Below, piece after piece: positions 36,076-45,381 of a DNA stretch of 64,000 nucleotides; positions within the stretch are counted from its first letter, which is position 1; each line of letters starts with the position of its first letter. This DNA comes from Bacteriovoracaceae bacterium (GTDB lineage: Bacteria > Bdellovibrionota > Bacteriovoracia > Bacteriovoracales > Bacteriovoracaceae). Position numbers and translations under genes: made by a program. The DNA lies in the NCBI GenBank assembly GCA_947377285.1, contig CANCFT010000013.1, positions 8,571-72,570 on the forward strand, given 5' to 3'. The notes under the pieces were generated by a model. That model ran no database searches. It worked only from the letters and a program-made list of their open reading frames with translations, and was not told where the DNA came from.

Positions 36076-38151
36076 ATGAATACTTTTGATTTCAATTTCC
36101 ATTTTAAAAAATATAATCAAAATATTTTTTTTAATGCCACAACTTATAATGAATTAAACCAACATATTCAAAACTTTTCCAATTCAAAATACTTAAATTC
36201 ACAAGATTGCATTGGCATTCAAACTCAATCCCCTTATTGGGCCTTTGTGGCCTTATTGAGTTGTTTAAAGTGCTCAATTGACTCTGTACTCCTATCAAAT
36301 TCAGAAACACCCATAATGATAGAAAAATTAAAAACTCAAATTGAATTTAAGACCATTTTAAAAGATAAAGACATACTAAAATATTCCAATGAAACATCAA
36401 TAAATTCAGTATTTCAAGAAATTGAATTTACTAAAATAGCGGCCATCGTTTTTAGTTCAGGGACAACTTCATTGCCAAAAGGAGTCGCACTTAGCTTTGG
36501 TAATCTTTATTTTTCAAGTCTTGGTTTTAGCGAATTTTTTCAACAAAACGAAACTCACTGCTCCCTCATTAACCTTCCACATCACCATGTAGGAGGTCTA
36601 ATGATTTTGTGGAGGGCCTTTTTTTCTGGTGGATCACTCACAACTAATATTCATTCTCCAATTGATTTTATTTCCTTAGTACCCCTCCAACTTAAAAAAT
36701 ATATTGAAGACCCAATATTACTTTCAATCTTAAAAAAGATTAAAGTTATCTTAGTTGGTGGAGCTCCTTTAACGGAAAATTTAAAGTCTAGAGCAAGTCT
36801 TGAAAAGATAAATCTTTTTGAAACTTATGGAATGACTGAGAGCACTTCTCTTTTGACCATAAATGGACAGACATTACCTTATCGAGAAGTCAGAATTAAT
36901 GAGGAAGGATTCTTCGAAATAAGAGGTGCGACAAAGGCCCTAGGGACTTTTACAAAGAATCAATTCACGCCAATACCTGATGACTGGTATAAAACTCGTG
37001 ATAAAGGAAGTGTTTCTCCTGATGGATTTTTTAAATTTCAAAGCCGTGAGGATTTAATTTTTATTAGTGGTGGTGAAAATATTAACCCCCTTTTAATTGA
37101 AGAAATTGTCAAAGAAAATTCTCATATCAAAGACTGCTACCTCGTGGCCTTACCAGACGAGAAATGGGGGGAAATGGGAGTTTTACTATATGAACTTTAT
37201 GACCAAAACTCGATAATTTGTTCAAATGAATTAGACGAATATTTAAAAGATCGACTTCATCCCCATCATAGACCTAAATTTTTATTTCAAACGAATTTGA
37301 CTATTGAAAATCAAATTAAAATAAAAAGGAGTGATTTAAAAATAATAGCTTTGGATCTTTATTTAAAACATATTTTTTCATATGAATTTAAAGGAAATGT
37401 GGACTCTCCTGTTGTGGTTTTTCTCCATGGATTTATGGAAGAAAAATCTGATTTGGAAGAAATTTCAACATTTAACACATTAGATTATTCTTCCCTTTTA
37501 ATCGATCTTCCTGGACATGGTGAAACTAAAATTAAAAATTTTTATTCTCAAAATGATTTTTTTACTAAATTATCTAAATTTATTTTAATTTTTTCTAAAA
37601 AACCTATTCTCTACGGCTATTCAATGGGAGGAAGAATTGCATTGCACCTAAGCCTACATTACTTAACCCCTAAGGAGTTATTTTTAGAATCTTCAGGTCT
37701 TGGTCTAAAAGATAGCAATGAGAAATCCCAACGTTTGTCCCAAGATTTAAGTCAATTTGATACAATGAATTCTACTTCTATTCTTCAATTTTTATATCAA
37801 TGGTATAAAAATCCAATCTTTGGGGATTATATTCATTTTCCACATTTTCAAAATAATATTGAAAAAAAAGCTAAACATGATTTTCAAGAATGGCGAGATT
37901 CTCAAGCTTATTTGTCTGCAGGAGCCTTGCCTACATGGCCTGAAAATTTGCAAATTTTAATTAATATCAATTTTAAACTTTGTTATATTTATGGCGAAAA
38001 TGATTTAAAATACGCTCAAGCTGCCAAAGTATTATCTTCGTCTTTGTCTGCCAATAAACTTAGTCTTCATATGGTGGACAGCGCCTCTCATAACCCCCAC
38101 AAGACACATCCTCATGAAATTATTAAAATACTGACTAATTCGCTTAAGTAA
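36076..38151 (+). CDS. fusion protein: MenE-like o-succinylbenzoate-CoA ligase (N-terminal) plus MenH-like alpha/beta hydrolase (C-terminal)
   Basis: ANL motifs are FSSGTTSLPKGV, ETYGMTES and YKTRDKGSVSPDGFFKFQSREDLIFISGGENINP (TRD as in E. coli MenE). Next come VVVFLHGFMEE, DLPGHGET, YGYSMGGRIAL, FLYQWYKNPIF and SASHNPH, typical of MenH/SHCHC synthase. It is a single 691-aa ORF. Confidence 0.75.
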   Translation: MNTFDFNFHFKKYNQNIFFNATTYNELNQHIQNFSNSKYLNSQDCIGIQTQSPYWAFVALLSCLKCSIDSVLLSNSETPIMIEKLKTQIEFKTILKDKDILKYSNETSINSVFQEIEFTKIAAIVFSSGTTSLPKGVALSFGNLYFSSLGFSEFFQQNETHCSLINLPHHHVGGLMILWRAFFSGGSLTTNIHSPIDFISLVPLQLKKYIEDPILLSILKKIKVILVGGAPLTENLKSRASLEKINLFETYGMTESTSLLTINGQTLPYREVRINEEGFFEIRGATKALGTFTKNQFTPIPDDWYKTRDKGSVSPDGFFKFQSREDLIFISGGENINPLLIEEIVKENSHIKDCYLVALPDEKWGEMGVLLYELYDQNSIICSNELDEYLKDRLHPHHRPKFLFQTNLTIENQIKIKRSDLKIIALDLYLKHIFSYEFKGNVDSPVVVFLHGFMEEKSDLEEISTFNTLDYSSLLIDLPGHGETKIKNFYSQNDFFTKLSKFILIFSKKPILYGYSMGGRIALHLSLHYLTPKELFLESSGLGLKDSNEKSQRLSQDLSQFDTMNSTSILQFLYQWYKNPIFGDYIHFPHFQNNIEKKAKHDFQEWRDSQAYLSAGALPTWPENLQILININFKLCYIYGENDLKYAQAAKVLSSSLSANKLSLHMVDSASHNPHKTHPHEIIKILTNSLK

Positions 38152-38171
38152 TTTTCACTTATCGCCGATAG
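38145..38171 (+). promoter_or_regulatory. sigma-28 (FliA)-like promoter TAAG-N15-GCCGATAG
   Basis: Compare the consensus TAAA-N15-GCCGATAA. The -10 element ends 9 nt before the ATG at 38180, which has no Shine-Dalgarno. Confidence 0.35.
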
Positions 38172-38179
38172 ATTATTTA

Positions 38180-38509
38180 ATGAATTCAGATGGCATAAAC
38201 CGACTTAATTATCTCCGCCAATTACCTCAGTCAAAAGATACTGGGAATTCTTCTGAAGTTGTTCGCGAGTTGCAAAAAATTAAAAATGAATTAACTATTG
38301 CTAATAATGAACGAGTCCGCGATGAAGACCCGATTACTAATGCCACAAAATCTCCTTATTTACCTGATCAAAAATTTACAAAAAAAGATGTAGTTTTCAA
38401 CTCTGCGGAAGAATTAAAATGGAAAGAAGTTAAAACATCTGCCCAAGTTGAACTAGATACACAGGAGCAATTCATAGAAAGTAATAAGCGCAAACTCGAC
38501 ATTATTTAA
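38180..38509 (+). CDS. hypothetical protein
   Basis: 109-aa hydrophilic ORF, 4 nt upstream of the DUF2147 gene. Confidence 0.45.
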   Translation: MNSDGINRLNYLRQLPQSKDTGNSSEVVRELQKIKNELTIANNERVRDEDPITNATKSPYLPDQKFTKKDVVFNSAEELKWKEVKTSAQVELDTQEQFIESNKRKLDII

Positions 38510-38513
38510 AATT

Positions 38514-38936
38514 ATGTTAAAAAATATATTACTCTTTTGCTTTTGTGTTTTCCATACATCCATTATTTACTCTAGTGAATATGATATTATAGGAATCTAT
38601 CTTTCACCTGATGGAGATGCAAAGATTGAAATTAGTAAAATAGATCAATTATTTTTTGGGAAAATTGTTTGGTTAAAAAATACTGATAAAAATAAAGATA
38701 TTCATAATCCTGATATTAATCTTCGAGATAAGAATTTAATTGGACTTACTATTCTTCAACATTTTTCTCAAACAGAAACACATCTTTGGGAAAATGGCAC
38801 AATCTACGACCCAAAAATAGGTAAAACTTATAAATGTAAAATGTGGTTTGAAGAAGGAAATAATAAAGAATTATTTTTAAGAGGATTTATAGGTTTTTCA
38901 TTTTTAGGTCGCTCAGAAAAATTTACTAGAATTTAA
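38514..38936 (+). CDS. DUF2147-family secreted protein
   Basis: Signal-like N-terminus, then GKIVWLKN...HNPDINLRDKNLIGLTIL...WENGTIYDPKIGKTYKCKMW...LRGFIGFSFLGRSEKFTRI. Confidence 0.7.
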   Translation: MLKNILLFCFCVFHTSIIYSSEYDIIGIYLSPDGDAKIEISKIDQLFFGKIVWLKNTDKNKDIHNPDINLRDKNLIGLTILQHFSQTETHLWENGTIYDPKIGKTYKCKMWFEEGNNKELFLRGFIGFSFLGRSEKFTRI

Positions 38937-38979
38937 AAAAAAGCTCTATTAATTAAAAATAAAGCTTTTAAGTTAAAAA

Positions 38980-39702
38980 TTATTTTTTCTTTCTTAATTT
39001 TAAAATGATAAATCCAACTGCACATAAACCGGCAATAAGCATAATCGATTCAGAAGTTCCACTTGAATCCCCGCCACCAGTTTTTTTCTGAACATTAATA
39101 TCAGGTTTATTATTTGTATCAACAACAGTTGTACTCTCTACATCACTTTCGTCTTTTTTCTTGACCCATTTTCCAGAATCAGCGGATTTTTGATCGAATA
39201 CTTTTAATGTAGCAATTACTTTTTCAAATATATCTTGGTATGAATCATAATGATCTTTTGCCACTGAAAAAGTAACGGCAATTCCCAAATTATCTTTAAC
39301 TGTAGCAAGGTAGCGCGTGTAAAAACCTGGAACTTCTGAGGCCAAATGAAGAGCATCCACCCATCTTTGGTTATTTATCGTTTTTACTGCAACTGATTTT
39401 GCTTCGGAAATTTGTGTTTTCCCGCCAGGAAGATTAAAACTTTTTGGTTGCTTCAAGTAGGCTTGGTATTGATCTAGAGAATCTTGCTCACCTCTAAACT
39501 TAGCTGCTAAAATGATTATCGCTTCTTTTTTTCTATCTTTATCATCGCTTTGGCATACCCACTCTGAACCTTCTAAAGCACAATCCCATCCAGACGGAAG
39601 TTCAAATTCAGAAAATTGGCTAGTAAAAGTTTTAGCATGTACAACTGAAGTTAAACTGAAAATAAAAAAAAGAGACAAGTATAAAGTTTTAAAACTTTGC
39701 AT
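38980..39702 (-). CDS. hypothetical secreted protein with a C-terminal Gly-rich/TM/basic sorting-signal-like tail
   Basis: Signal peptide LYLSLFFIFSLTSVVHA/KT. The C-terminus reads KKTGGGDSSGTSESIMLIAGLCAVGFIILKLRKKK. Confidence 0.6.
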   Translation of the reverse strand: MQSFKTLYLSLFFIFSLTSVVHAKTFTSQFSEFELPSGWDCALEGSEWVCQSDDKDRKKEAIIILAAKFRGEQDSLDQYQAYLKQPKSFNLPGGKTQISEAKSVAVKTINNQRWVDALHLASEVPGFYTRYLATVKDNLGIAVTFSVAKDHYDSYQDIFEKVIATLKVFDQKSADSGKWVKKKDESDVESTTVVDTNNKPDINVQKKTGGGDSSGTSESIMLIAGLCAVGFIILKLRKKK

Positions 39703-39811
39703 GAGTTAACCACACCTTTCTGGCACGTTAATATATATCCTATAATTCTACACGATAAGCTATTATACTCAAAATAGTTAAATCATTCCGCATTAGTTCT
39801 ATCAATCGAAA

Positions 39812-40990
39812 TTAAAGTCCTCTTGCCGCAAAACCAGGTTTAATTTCGATTTCTTTATATTTTTTTGTGAGTTTAATAACCGCCCAATCTGCTCCGACTT
39901 CAAAGACAACTCCTGAAGCAACTAGGACATTACCACCAAAATAATCAGTCTGATAAATATCAAACTTAGCTCCTTTTTCTACGTCTGTTGAGAGTCCCTG
40001 ATCAATTTTAACAAACGTTTTTTGGGCAGAAACTTTTAAGACAGAAGCATCAATATGATATTCTTTAAAACTTTCTATTTTATCATTTTCGGGAGTTTCC
40101 CCAATTGAACCCCAAGTTAAATTAATAAAAAATGTATTGCCCTTATCTGTGGATTTGCCAGCAAGAACTGTTTGCCCCTTGATACCCAATAAAAATTTAT
40201 CGAACAAATAATTAGCGCCAATATAGGGAGCTAACTTTTCGCGATTAAGTGAATTAAAAAGATTTGATTGTCCTTTACTCATTAAAGGCTTCAATGACGG
40301 ATCATTAGTAAACTGGTCACGTTTTAATGAATAGATCCCTTCCAGTCCGGCAAAAGTGCTCAGCCGAGAAAATTTATAATGTAAGCTGGCTTCGTAATCA
40401 ATTTCTGAACTCAAATCATTTGGTGGTGAAACATAACCAAATTTCAAATCAAATTTAACAGGACGAGAGTCATAAGTTACATAAAAATTAACTGCATATT
40501 CACTACCATCATCGCCCAGAATAACAACTTCCGGAGCAGGCGTTTGAGAAATTGTATACCTCGTATTGGTATATAGAGTTTGTCGGTAACGAATACCAAT
40601 GGCATAACGAAGAAGATCAATTGGAAGAAATGCATATTTCGCTTCAACTCCAACGGATTCTGCACCAGTATTGATGGCCGTATCTATTCCATTATAAGAA
40701 TTAATACTCCTTAATTTTCCAAATAATGACACTTCTAAATTGGAACTTATACCGTAGGAAATTTTTAAATCAGTATCTATCAAGCGAAATGTGCTTGCAC
40801 TTGCAGGTGGAACTTCAACTCCAGCATCATTGAATTGTGCCGTCATCAAAAATAGCGAAGACTCAATTTGCACTGAATAAGCTTTGGGGTTTAATAAAAT
40901 GGCCCCACCAAATTGACTTCCCTTGGCCCATGAAACTGAATGAAAAAATACAAATGAAATAAGACTTAGAAAAATTAGAAATTTTGACAT
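39812..40990 (-). CDS. hypothetical outer-membrane beta-barrel-like protein with a C-terminal small beta domain
   Basis: Signal peptide FLSLISFVFFHSVSWA/KG, about 280 aa of alternating beta pattern, then an approximately 90-aa soluble-looking domain. Confidence 0.6.
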   Translation of the reverse strand: MSKFLIFLSLISFVFFHSVSWAKGSQFGGAILLNPKAYSVQIESSLFLMTAQFNDAGVEVPPASASTFRLIDTDLKISYGISSNLEVSLFGKLRSINSYNGIDTAINTGAESVGVEAKYAFLPIDLLRYAIGIRYRQTLYTNTRYTISQTPAPEVVILGDDGSEYAVNFYVTYDSRPVKFDLKFGYVSPPNDLSSEIDYEASLHYKFSRLSTFAGLEGIYSLKRDQFTNDPSLKPLMSKGQSNLFNSLNREKLAPYIGANYLFDKFLLGIKGQTVLAGKSTDKGNTFFINLTWGSIGETPENDKIESFKEYHIDASVLKVSAQKTFVKIDQGLSTDVEKGAKFDIYQTDYFGGNVLVASGVVFEVGADWAVIKLTKKYKEIEIKPGFAARGL

Positions 40991-41577
40991 AATTGGTTCA
41001 CGAAAAAAAAATGATCTCGAGAATCGAAATCATACAGGTTAGTTTTTGCAATCCACTGCTGGGGACCTTTTTCAAAGAGCACAAAATGCGCTCCATTCAT
41101 GACAAAAGGGGAGGAAAACTCAATTTTCGCCGTCTCTATTGCTGATTCTAATAAATCGCTATATTCAAAGCGTCCTATAGGCAAAAGTGGATTTGTAGTC
41201 TCTTTAGATTTTTTAAACCGAGCACCCGATTCCTTTAAAAAAGAATAAAGTGATTCCTGGCAAAAAAAGAGATCTGGAGAAATTTTTGGAGTTAAACCCA
41301 ACACTCCTTTTTTTCCCATAGAAAAACTAATTCCATTAAATTCTATCTGTGAAATTTCTTTGAGTCCCATTAGATGACTATCTAATAAATCAGATAATTC
41401 TTCGATAAAGTCATTGAGTTGGTCATTTTTTTGAAAATCAATTGTAAAAGGTGGAAGAAGTGTGAGTTGGAGTAATTCACCTTTTTGAAATTTTGTGTCA
41501 AATCGTTTCCTGAAGCTTTCTATCTTGGTGTAGTGGATAGAACTTGGATCAAAAGTAAGTCCGATAAATAATTCCAA
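40975..41577 (-). CDS. hypothetical protein, possibly a degenerate 2H-phosphoesterase (LigT-like) fold
   Basis: Begins MELFIGLTF. The two positions expected to carry HxT/S motifs read LQLTLLPPF and LLPIGRF (no His). The 3' end overlaps the next gene by 16 nt. Confidence 0.45.
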   Translation of the reverse strand: MELFIGLTFDPSSIHYTKIESFRKRFDTKFQKGELLQLTLLPPFTIDFQKNDQLNDFIEELSDLLDSHLMGLKEISQIEFNGISFSMGKKGVLGLTPKISPDLFFCQESLYSFLKESGARFKKSKETTNPLLPIGRFEYSDLLESAIETAKIEFSSPFVMNGAHFVLFEKGPQQWIAKTNLYDFDSRDHFFFVNQLCQNF

Positions 41578-41647
41578 AGCTGACTCCAGTTAAAAAATCA
41601 TCTCTTAATAGCTTAAGAAGATTCTGGACTGGTGACAAGGTTTTATT

Positions 41648-42391
41648 TTAAGCAGCTTTTTTCTGCTCTTTTTGATGTGTAATTTGTCCACGCTTCGGCA
41701 GAGTTATTCGGTTAATCCAAAAGCCATTTGATATTTCAAACTCGAAGGTCCCGCCACATTCAAGTGTTAAATGGTGGATAGACTCAAGGCCTAAGCTCAC
41801 ATGCTTATTTACTGGTAACTCATTGAGAATTACCAGACCAATATTGTCAGACAGCGCACTCAATTCCCCACTTCCTCGACTTTGATTTTTTGTTTCAATC
41901 GATAAACCAAATTCATCATAATTAAATGTTAGATGAACTTCTGAAGATTTAGCCTCTGACATATTTTTAATTAGATTATTCATTATTCGGTAAAAAAATG
42001 GGTAATAAACTAATGTTAATTCATTTTCTAAAAAATTTTTATGAAAATAAGTCTGAACTGAATTTTTAGGTAAGTAAGTAAGTACTAAGTTTTTTACAGC
42101 ACTTTCTGCAAAATAAAAGGGAACCCATTCTAGAGTTGGCGCCAAATTTTTATGTTTAAATTGGAAATGATCTTTAATTAAACTTTGAAGTGTTCGAATT
42201 TCTTTTTCTAATAATTGAACTTCTTCTGAACTTAAACCAAGCTTCGAACTTTGACGTTGACTTAAAAAAAGTATTAATCCATGAGTTAGGTTTACCAGGT
42301 CATGAAAAAAAAGACGCGCGCTCTTGTCGTCGCCCGCGAGCTCGCTATCACTATCGCTTCCGAAATATTCCTTTTTTTTAAACCAAAACAC
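41648..42391 (-). CDS. minimal cytoplasmic histidine-kinase-like protein
   Basis: H-box-like FFHDLVNLTHGL, N-box-like IMNNLIKNMSEA and G-box-like SLGLESIHHLTLECGGTFEF. No TM or sensor domain. Confidence 0.5.
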   Translation of the reverse strand: MFWFKKKEYFGSDSDSELAGDDKSARLFFHDLVNLTHGLILFLSQRQSSKLGLSSEEVQLLEKEIRTLQSLIKDHFQFKHKNLAPTLEWVPFYFAESAVKNLVLTYLPKNSVQTYFHKNFLENELTLVYYPFFYRIMNNLIKNMSEAKSSEVHLTFNYDEFGLSIETKNQSRGSGELSALSDNIGLVILNELPVNKHVSLGLESIHHLTLECGGTFEFEISNGFWINRITLPKRGQITHQKEQKKAA

Positions 42392-42396
42392 ATTGC

Positions 42397-42452
42397 CCTC
42401 AATACCAATAATAAATTTTTTAAACTATCATTCAAAATATTGGTATTGAAGG
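42397..42452. repeat. 14-15-bp inverted repeat with a 27-nt AT-rich loop
   Basis: CCTCAATACCAATA (42397-42410) pairs with TATTGGTATTGAAGG (42438-42452) with one bulge. It lies between the eno stop and the histidine-kinase-like gene start. Confidence 0.5.
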
Positions 42453-42471
42453 CCTGGTTATTTTATCTTCT

Positions 42472-43752
42472 TTATTTCACTGGAAGATAAATTGCACTTG
42501 ATCCAAGCTCTTCTTCAATACGAAGAAGTTGATTATATTTTTCCATTCGGTCTGATCGACTGGCCGAACCAGTTTTAATATGAGCAGAACCTGTTGCTAC
42601 AGCTAAATCAGCAATAAAAGAGTCCCCTGTTTCTCCTGAACGATGTGAAATAATGGCCTTATATTGGTTTTTATAACCTAAAGCAATCGCTTCAAATGTT
42701 TCAGTAAGAGTTCCTATTTGGTTCACTTTTACTAAGATGGCATTGGCTTCACCTGTCTTGATTCCAGCTTCAAAGATTTTTTTATTAGTCACAAAAAGAT
42801 CATCACCAACTAAAACAACTTGTGAACCTAAAACTTTGGTTAGCTCTATCCATCCAAGATGGTCGCCTTCATCCAAACCGTCTTCAATGGAATAGATCGG
42901 ATACTTCGAACATAAATCTGAATAATATTTAATCATATCACTAGTACTCAACTCTTTTCCTTGCATATTGTATTTACCATTTTTATAAAATTCAGATGCC
43001 GCTGAATCTAAAGAGATAGAAATATCAACACCTGCTGTATAGCCGGCATTTTTAATGGCCTTTAAAATGCACTCAATAGCTTCTTCATGTGAAGATAAAT
43101 TGGGAGCAAATCCACCTTCGTCTCCTACATTTGTAGAATAATTGGCATCATTTAGAACTTTTTTCAAAGCATGAAAAACTTCTACACCGGCGCGTAGATT
43201 TTCCGAAAAAGATTTTTTCAAATGTGGTACAATCATAAATTCTTGGATATCGAGATTATTTGAAGCATGAGCTCCACCGTTGATAATATTCATCAAGGGT
43301 GTTGGCATAATATATTTCTGATAAGCATTCGGGGCTTTTAGTGTTTTAAACAAGTATTGGTATAAACTCATTTTACTATCCAAGGCAGCGGCCCTCGCAA
43401 CGGCCATAGAAACACCTAAAAGAGCATTGGCCCCAAGTCCCGATTTATTTTCTGTTCCGTCGAGTTCAAGCATGATTGAATCAATTTTTTTTTGTTCCAA
43501 AACATCTATTCCAATTAATTTGGGAGTGATTATTTCGTTAATATTTTTTACTGCTTTTAAAACTGAGCGCCCCAAATAATAAGATATATCACCATCTCTA
43601 AGCTCTAGTGCTTCTTTAGATCCGGTTGAAGCTCCTGAAGGAACATCAGCGCGTCCGCAATGACCTGATTCGGTTTCGACATCAACTTCAACCGTTGGGT
43701 TTCCTCGTGAATCTAGAATTTGTCGGGCTTTAATGGCTTTGATTTTAGACAT
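42472..43752 (-). CDS. eno: enolase
   Basis: [29 protein letters not shown]-type blocks, [17 protein letters not shown] and [22 protein letters not shown]. Confidence 0.95.
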   Translation of the reverse strand: MSKIKAIKARQILDSRGNPTVEVDVETESGHCGRADVPSGASTGSKEALELRDGDISYYLGRSVLKAVKNINEIITPKLIGIDVLEQKKIDSIMLELDGTENKSGLGANALLGVSMAVARAAALDSKMSLYQYLFKTLKAPNAYQKYIMPTPLMNIINGGAHASNNLDIQEFMIVPHLKKSFSENLRAGVEVFHALKKVLNDANYSTNVGDEGGFAPNLSSHEEAIECILKAIKNAGYTAGVDISISLDSAASEFYKNGKYNMQGKELSTSDMIKYYSDLCSKYPIYSIEDGLDEGDHLGWIELTKVLGSQVVLVGDDLFVTNKKIFEAGIKTGEANAILVKVNQIGTLTETFEAIALGYKNQYKAIISHRSGETGDSFIADLAVATGSAHIKTGSASRSDRMEKYNQLLRIEEELGSSAIYLPVK

Positions 43753-43754
43753 GC

Positions 43755-44582
43755 TTATTTTCCTTTGAAAGGTCCTAAGAAGGACTTGCGTGATTTTTGT
43801 ATCCAGTGATTATTGGTAGAGGACAGGAATTGAAAAAATTCATCAGTTGATTCGGTTACATGATCTTTTGAATGAATAAGCTCTTTTACTCTAAGGGCCA
43901 CGTGAGCACAGGGAGAAATCGTTTTTAGATTTAATAGAGATTCGATTTTTTTATTAATTAATGGATAATGAGTACAACCTAAAATGGCAAACGAGTAATG
44001 ATGGTCTTTTAAAAATGAAAGTTCTTCTTCAACTCTTAAATCAAAGTCAGTATTAGTTTCAGAATGGTAATAATAATTTTCTATTAAGCGGGCCAAATTG
44101 GTTAAACTGTAGTGGTCTATCATAGACTTTGGATCGAGGCGTTCTTTAAGTCTTTTAAAACGTTCTGACTTTCCCGTCGATTCTGTTGTAAGAACCATCA
44201 TTTTTTTTTCTTGCCCTTCTGGAATTTGATAATAGGCATTTAAATAAGGCTCAACCCCAACAAATATCATCTTGGGAAATGTCTCTCGCAGTAAATCTAT
44301 ACTAGATGCAGTAGCAGTATTGCAGGCCACCACAATCAGCTCAACACCTTGTGACATCAATTCATTGGTAATTGTGATCGATCGTTCTGTGATAAATTCA
44401 TCAGTTTTTGGCCCATATGGTGCATTTGCATCATCGCTATAATAATAAATTTGAGCTTCAGGAATTATCTTAAACAACTCGCTAAGTACACTAAATCCTC
44501 CGATCCCAGAATCAAAGAGTCCAATTTTTTTTGTCTTAATAATTTTGTCAGGATTCATCATATCAGGCATTATCTTAAACAA
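43755..44582 (-). CDS. murI: glutamate racemase
   Basis: [23 protein letters not shown] and LGCTHYP. The start may be an internal Met. Confidence 0.9.
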   Translation of the reverse strand: MFKIMPDMMNPDKIIKTKKIGLFDSGIGGFSVLSELFKIIPEAQIYYYSDDANAPYGPKTDEFITERSITITNELMSQGVELIVVACNTATASSIDLLRETFPKMIFVGVEPYLNAYYQIPEGQEKKMMVLTTESTGKSERFKRLKERLDPKSMIDHYSLTNLARLIENYYYHSETNTDFDLRVEEELSFLKDHHYSFAILGCTHYPLINKKIESLLNLKTISPCAHVALRVKELIHSKDHVTESTDEFFQFLSSTNNHWIQKSRKSFLGPFKGK

Positions 44583-44608
44583 AGAAATGATTAAAGTTAA
44601 GGGTAAAA

Positions 44609-45379
44609 ATGTTTGGAAATCTAAACTTTATAAGAAATATTTATCAGAAAGTGACCAATCAATTATCGAGTGTAAAAAAAATCGATTCTCTTGAACAATT
44701 TTATCAAATCGCTAAGGTAGGCCGAATCAATTGGGTCTCTATTGCCATTAATAAATTTAGCTATGAAGGCAGTTTTCTCACTAAAGAACTCGATATTTTT
44801 ACTAAGAATGATGCTTTCAGCTTAAAAAGTGCTGAGCTAAAGAATGAAGCTATTACTCAATTATGGAAAAATCAAGAATTGGTCTTTAAGTCAAAACTTT
44901 TACTTAATTCGGAATATATCCAAGAATTTAATCAACTTATAGATATTTCAATTGAATCAGAAATTCGTCATTTTCAGCTAGCTTTAAACCTTGCATTAAA
45001 TAACAAAAGTTTTACTTCTACTGAGATTTCCAATGGCACAAAGGCGTTAGAATGGATCAAAGTAAGTTTTGAACTTTTAGAAAAAGCTATTGTAAAAAGT
45101 TTAACAGATCCTGAATTATTATTTCAAACATTATTTTTTTTCGGAGAAAACCCAAAAACTTCTATTCACGAAATACGAATTATTACTTTTAATCTTGATA
45201 TAAAATTTGAACTTTTAAACTCTAATGGGATACGTATTAAAATTTTTAATGATAAATCAGGAGCATTTGGCAGTGATAAAAAAGCTGCACTTGAGGGAGA
45301 CTTTAATTATTATGCCCGAGAGATGTTTGATGAATTGATAAAATTAATTTCTGCTCAGTCAGTTGGAATTAAATGGTGA
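44609..45379 (+). CDS. hypothetical protein
   Basis: 256-aa ORF with an AAGGG RBS. No signal peptide and no family recognised. Confidence 0.45.
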   Translation: MFGNLNFIRNIYQKVTNQLSSVKKIDSLEQFYQIAKVGRINWVSIAINKFSYEGSFLTKELDIFTKNDAFSLKSAELKNEAITQLWKNQELVFKSKLLLNSEYIQEFNQLIDISIESEIRHFQLALNLALNNKSFTSTEISNGTKALEWIKVSFELLEKAIVKSLTDPELLFQTLFFFGENPKTSIHEIRIITFNLDIKFELLNSNGIRIKIFNDKSGAFGSDKKAALEGDFNYYAREMFDELIKLISAQSVGIKW

Positions 45380-45381
45380 AC

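Noticed and set aside
39721-39740. TGGCAC hexamer resembling a sigma-54 -24 box.
   Set aside because: The -12 position reads TATAT rather than TTGC, and no plus-strand gene lies downstream.
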